From the NCBI RefSeq assembly GCF_006345805.1, contig NW_021833970.1, forward strand, positions 1 to 52,280: 52,280 bases of DNA, written 5' to 3'. Below are positions 47,646 through 52,280 of this stretch, one piece after another. This stretch comes from Octopus sinensis. Taxonomy: Eukaryota. The number at the start of each line of letters is the position of its first letter. Position 1 is the stretch's first letter. Under the pieces are notes generated by a model that was not told the origin of the DNA, ran no database searches, and was given only the letters and a program-made list of their open reading frames with translations. The translations under genes were made by a program, and so were the position numbers.

Positions 47646-50600
47646 TGGGAAGTTACGGCCTTCATCCATGGCCATTAGGGAGAGACTGAGGTGCAGCGAA
47701 AGCGGATACTTTTTAACAATATGCTTCAGAGCATATAGGGATTTATGGGAACGAATTTTCCTGAGGGAGTGGAGAGAGGAGTTTGAGAAAGTTCACGCGA
47801 TCTGACTTTATTCTCACAAAAACTTCCATGAAATGGGTATATTTCAATGAAAGTTTATGCAAATATCTCTGAAACAGCATAGATTACAATAATGAAGTAA
47901 CGTGTGGGGAAAATTTTTCCGAAGTCGGGGCGAGAGGAGTTTCGGTTTAGGAAGACCAAATATGTTAGGACTCCTCTGTTTTGACGGGGATTTCTCCTCA
48001 ATTTCAAGCCACAGATTTCCAAATGATGGGTTGGAGTGAGGAGCGTTTTTGTATGACAAAAAGGTTGAAAATCCCCCCGCCCCCATAATCCCATCCGATC
48101 TTATTTTGGCCAATTCTTGTCTCACTTCAAATCCATTGTTTTCGGTAAGAAAAAAAGTAATTGATAATATTTTTGGAGGGAAAAAGTAAGTGATTTAAGG
48201 GAGATTATTTGGCTGTGGTTTCTAGCACATCCCAAGACAATCCTATCAATAACTTCCGCATTTATATGCTACAGAAAAGAAAATTTGAAAACTTATGAAT
48301 TTTTTGCAACCCCACTCCTCGCTCTCGGTGGTTTCTGCATATAAATTAAAATATTGGAAAGCCTGAGATCGAAATTATAGGAAATTCCTTAAAACAAAGA
48401 TTTATAAAAATATTTCCAGACGGTCAAAGCTTTAATAATCGCTTTCTTTTAGTGTTTTTAGTCACTGTTATATACTTAATTAATAAACAGCTTCCCCCAT
48501 TATAATATTGATACCAGTATTTCTCCACTGAAGTGAAAATGCACCAAGCTTTTCAATACGTCTTGTTTGATTGCTGTGAAGAAGAAAGTCCTTGAATAGC
48601 GACATGCACTTCACTAAACATAATTGCGCTTCACTAAACATACTGAAAAATACGATTCTATAATCACTAAAGTCGTTCTGATCTTTATGTTGTTGCTGGA
48701 GAACACACTGGATTTTAATCAGCGATAGTTGACAAAACAAAAGAAATAATATTGGAGTCGCTGACACGCTCCAACCTGCTGTTGCCCGGTATCCTAAGGG
48801 CTAAGTATGGTCATCTGAAATCTGTGCGATACTTGAGGGAAATATACTAATATTAGAATATATTTTGTGCATTAAATTATATCTAAAACTTCTGATTTTA
48901 ACAATTTGTTTAACTTAGAATCAATTCTTTATAAAACACTGGTCAACAAAATGAAACTTTTTTGAATCATCGGAGTTGTTGATTGATTTTTCTGGGTTAA
49001 TTTTTGATACTGATTACGAATCCGAAGTCCGATTTCCTCTATCAGGTCACACTTTCATGTTAATGATACCTGCTGTTTTAACTTATAGGATACGTGAAGG
49101 ATGTCTATATATAACGTATACTGAATGCAAGATACGATAATTCCATGACTTTGTAATGTAAAAAATTAAGATTATTGTGTACAAATAAGTTAGAATACAC
49201 TCAAATGCATAACAACTTAAAATCTTTGGGATTTAGACTTTCTATGGTGTTCTGTCTCAGGTTCATCCCTGTACAACATCTAACAGTAGTCAGCTAATAT
49301 TCCTGCATTCCAAAACCCTTAATATCGTTGTTCCATTGATGCGATATCTTGAGGAAATCGTTCGCCTTGCTCATCAGACACTGCTCCAAGGTTCTCTGCA
49401 AAAAAGTCCAGATGTGAATCAACGAAATGGTCTTTTAGTGCTGGGATGTATACCGTCATAGTTAAGAGCATAACAGCAACATTGATCTTCCAACACAGAA
49501 GAATGTAACGAAATAAAAACTTACCTTTGTTACTGATGCCACTAAACTAACGATGAATCTGTACAAATGTCTCAATTGTTCACTTCACATTGACTTCAAC
49601 AATCCTCTAAACTTCACAGCTATGCCAACCGTCCACTTCCGTCACTATTGTTCACTTGAGATCAGTCAAGTGAAAACAATTCTAACCTGAGTCGAAACTA
49701 TATTCGATTGATAGCAAGCCTTACTTCATTAGATATACTTAAATGATTCAATATGTTTATTTACATATGTTTTTATACAAACACACATGTATATACATGA
49801 ACAGGACATGAAGAAGAACAAGAAAGGGGAAATATTCGAAACTATATTCGATCGATAGCAAGCCATACTTCATTAAATATACTTCATAGACTTCCGGTTT
49901 TTTCATCGGGATCTTTACTATGTGTAGGTTTGAATATTGCTGTTGGTGGTGGTGGGGCGTTGGTTGTAGTAGTGGAGCGTTTAATGGGGCCTTGATAGGG
50001 ATGATGTATGGATATGATTTTTGCAGGGATGGTATTGGTGGTGCTGGTGTTGGTGGTGGTGCTGGGTAGATACAGTGATTTGTTGTACTGCGGTGATATG
50101 ACAGTGGTTGTAAGGTGTTGGTTGTGGTGTTTGTGTTTGTGGTGAGATGTTGTAGGAAGGCAGAAGTAGCGCTGGTTATAGTTGTGGTGATGGTGGCAGT
50201 GGTAGTTATGTCAATGTTGCAGCTATTGTTGTGACTGTTGTTATGAGAGTGGCGGTGGTAGTGGTGGTGATATCAATGTTGAGGTTGTAGTTGGGACATG
50301 TTTTAGCTGTATAGGTGATAGTTGGTGATGGTAGCGTGGCTAATCCACTTAGCAAATACGGGAAGAAAAGGGCAGATCTTGTGACTCCAACTTTTAAAAC
50401 TCTAGCTGTAACTGCTAGAAACAAATAGATTAAGTGTTAGCCATTGCGATGTATGGCAGGACATCGAACATATTTGAAGGGCAAGGCACTTCAGCGATGT
50501 CGAAATACTACCGGCAGAAGAAAAGAGAAAGAATATAAGAAAGAGACAAACACGCTCGTGCCGAGAGTAAGAGAGAGAGTTTGAGAGCTTGAGAGAGAGA

Positions 50601-51506
50601 GAGAGAGAGAGTGTGAGGTGGGGTTCTCTGAAGGTAGGGCAGATGAAATCGACGTTTCTCAGATACAGATATCTTCAATCAAATTTACAATGAGGCAAAG
50701 TACCTGGCACGTAAAGTGTCTTCAAGCGCTCATTCTTCTCTGCTAGTCGAGTAATGAGTAGTTAGAAACTCCACCATGGCCTTCCATAGGGAATTAATGG
50801 CCCTAGGCGTTAGCAAGAATCACACGGTTGGTCACTTCCGGGGTACTTTCGATTCAGGACCAGTGGATAATTTTCAGTGAACACTGACCTGGAATTCTTA
50901 CCGAAACCAGAATTAACTCTACAAATATGGTAGTGTCCTCAGTTCTGCTTTTACTCATACAGGGCCCAATCGCTTAAGCAGGATTCGATACAATTGTGAA
51001 GGTAACCCCGCCGCATTTTTAGGGAATGGAAAGTCATGCAGATTTTCTCTTTCTGGGAGATATGTTGAAATTAGTTTTGTAATGAAGAGAACTGAAATGG
51101 CTAATAAGAGACACAAGTTCCTCTTTGGCCGAGCCCTTTTCAACGTTTGTGAGTTCTAGCTGAAGAGGAAGGTGAGGACGGATGGGGAGGTGCAGCCCAC
51201 GGCCAGTAAAATAGTTGAAAGTTGTGTAAAAGTGGCGAGGATGGCCTGAGGTGTGGGGCCTACATTAAGCTCTTGCTTGTAGGATAGCGGGGGCTATAGT
51301 TTGTGGGTCATTGATGGGATCTCTGGTGGTTCCTTGATTACCTTAAAGGTGACCGCATCCACCCACTATCGGGAATTTGGTTATAATAATTTTCTTGATA
51401 ATTATTGTGTTGTATTATTTTTGTATTGTGATTATGCAAATATCCGCTGACCATTGTAATATCCTAACTGTTTTTGCGGTCCTTAGGGAGCAATAAATCA
51501 AACATT

Positions 51507-51555
<49 letters not shown>

Positions 51556-52280
51556 CAGTAGTAGTAGTAGTAGTAGTAGTAGAAATGAAACATACAATAA
51601 AATATTGATCAGGTAAGTTTTTGATCAAATGATTCAATATGTTTATTTACATATGTTTTTATACAAACACACAGGTATATACATGAACAGGACATGAAGA
51701 AGGACAAGAAAGGTGAAATATTCAATAACATAAAACTAGATACGTCATATTTGAATATAATGGTGGTTGCCACATTCGGATTGACTTTTATTATTGATCT
51801 TCTATACCATGATTGACCTGATGCGAAACATCAACATCAGTAAATTGAAGATCAGAAGAGATTTGTTATTCATCTCAATAAATATTTTATAAAATATAAT
51901 AGAATGCAATATAAATTATATTGCAATACTTGGGTATATTCAAATTTGGAATGAAATAGCAGTGAGGGGTACAGGAGGCCCGGGATGTGTAGTGAGTGTT
52001 TGAAATATGCGGTTCCTAAATGAAGACAGATGTTAAAGAATGTCTCTGGGAGATGGTCACTCTTCTATAAAACCAGATAATGAAGAAATGACTTTGAATA
52101 TTTTATAAACCTTTTGATTGTGTTTCAGATAACGTTGGTCCCACTTTTCTAAGACGGTGACCCGTACTGGTTCGGGGTATCTTGCACTGGCTTCTCTGTG
52201 AATCATGACACCTACTGTGGATAGGGTTTGTGAGGTGTTGTGCTAGCTTTATTGGAGCCAAAATTATGTGATCCGCAATC

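Noticed and set aside
48480-48767. ORF with a signal-peptide-like start and a CLVKC motif as a fifth paralogue
   Set aside because: GTG start; CLVKC arises from a 20-bp tandem duplication; no similarity to family exon 1; the homologous block at 21765 is not open.
49935-50330. Thr/Pro-rich mucin-like reading on the minus strand
   Set aside because: Degenerate (GGT/GTT/AGT)n microsatellite with stops and no splice context.

Overview
Eukaryotic, AT-rich, microsatellite- and transposon-dense DNA; the repeat families resemble those I recall from octopus genomes (inference, not searched). The only host genes found are four paralogues of one 5-exon family of predicted secreted proteins: signal peptide, reduced PAN/apple-like domain, then a ~180-aa Trp/Cys-patterned domain I cannot name. 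They form two tail-to-tail inverted pairs: A(+, 5' end outside the window, to 10887), B(-, 17113-11854), C(+, 24506-33981), D(-, 46521-36233). C is complete (290 aa). A is open if a shifted exon-1 donor is used. B lacks exon 2 (microhomology-bounded deletion) and exon 5 and has a stop in exon 4. D has only exons 1-2. Exon 4 is extremely divergent between A and C (~23% aa identity versus 75% for exon 2), and A/B show near-identical tracts suggestive of gene conversion. The rest is Dong/R4-like, CR1-like, RTE-, Tx1- and Penelope-like retroelements, Tc1/mariner elements, tRNA-derived SINEs, a palindromic repeat family and long microsatellites. All alignments and counts were done by eye.
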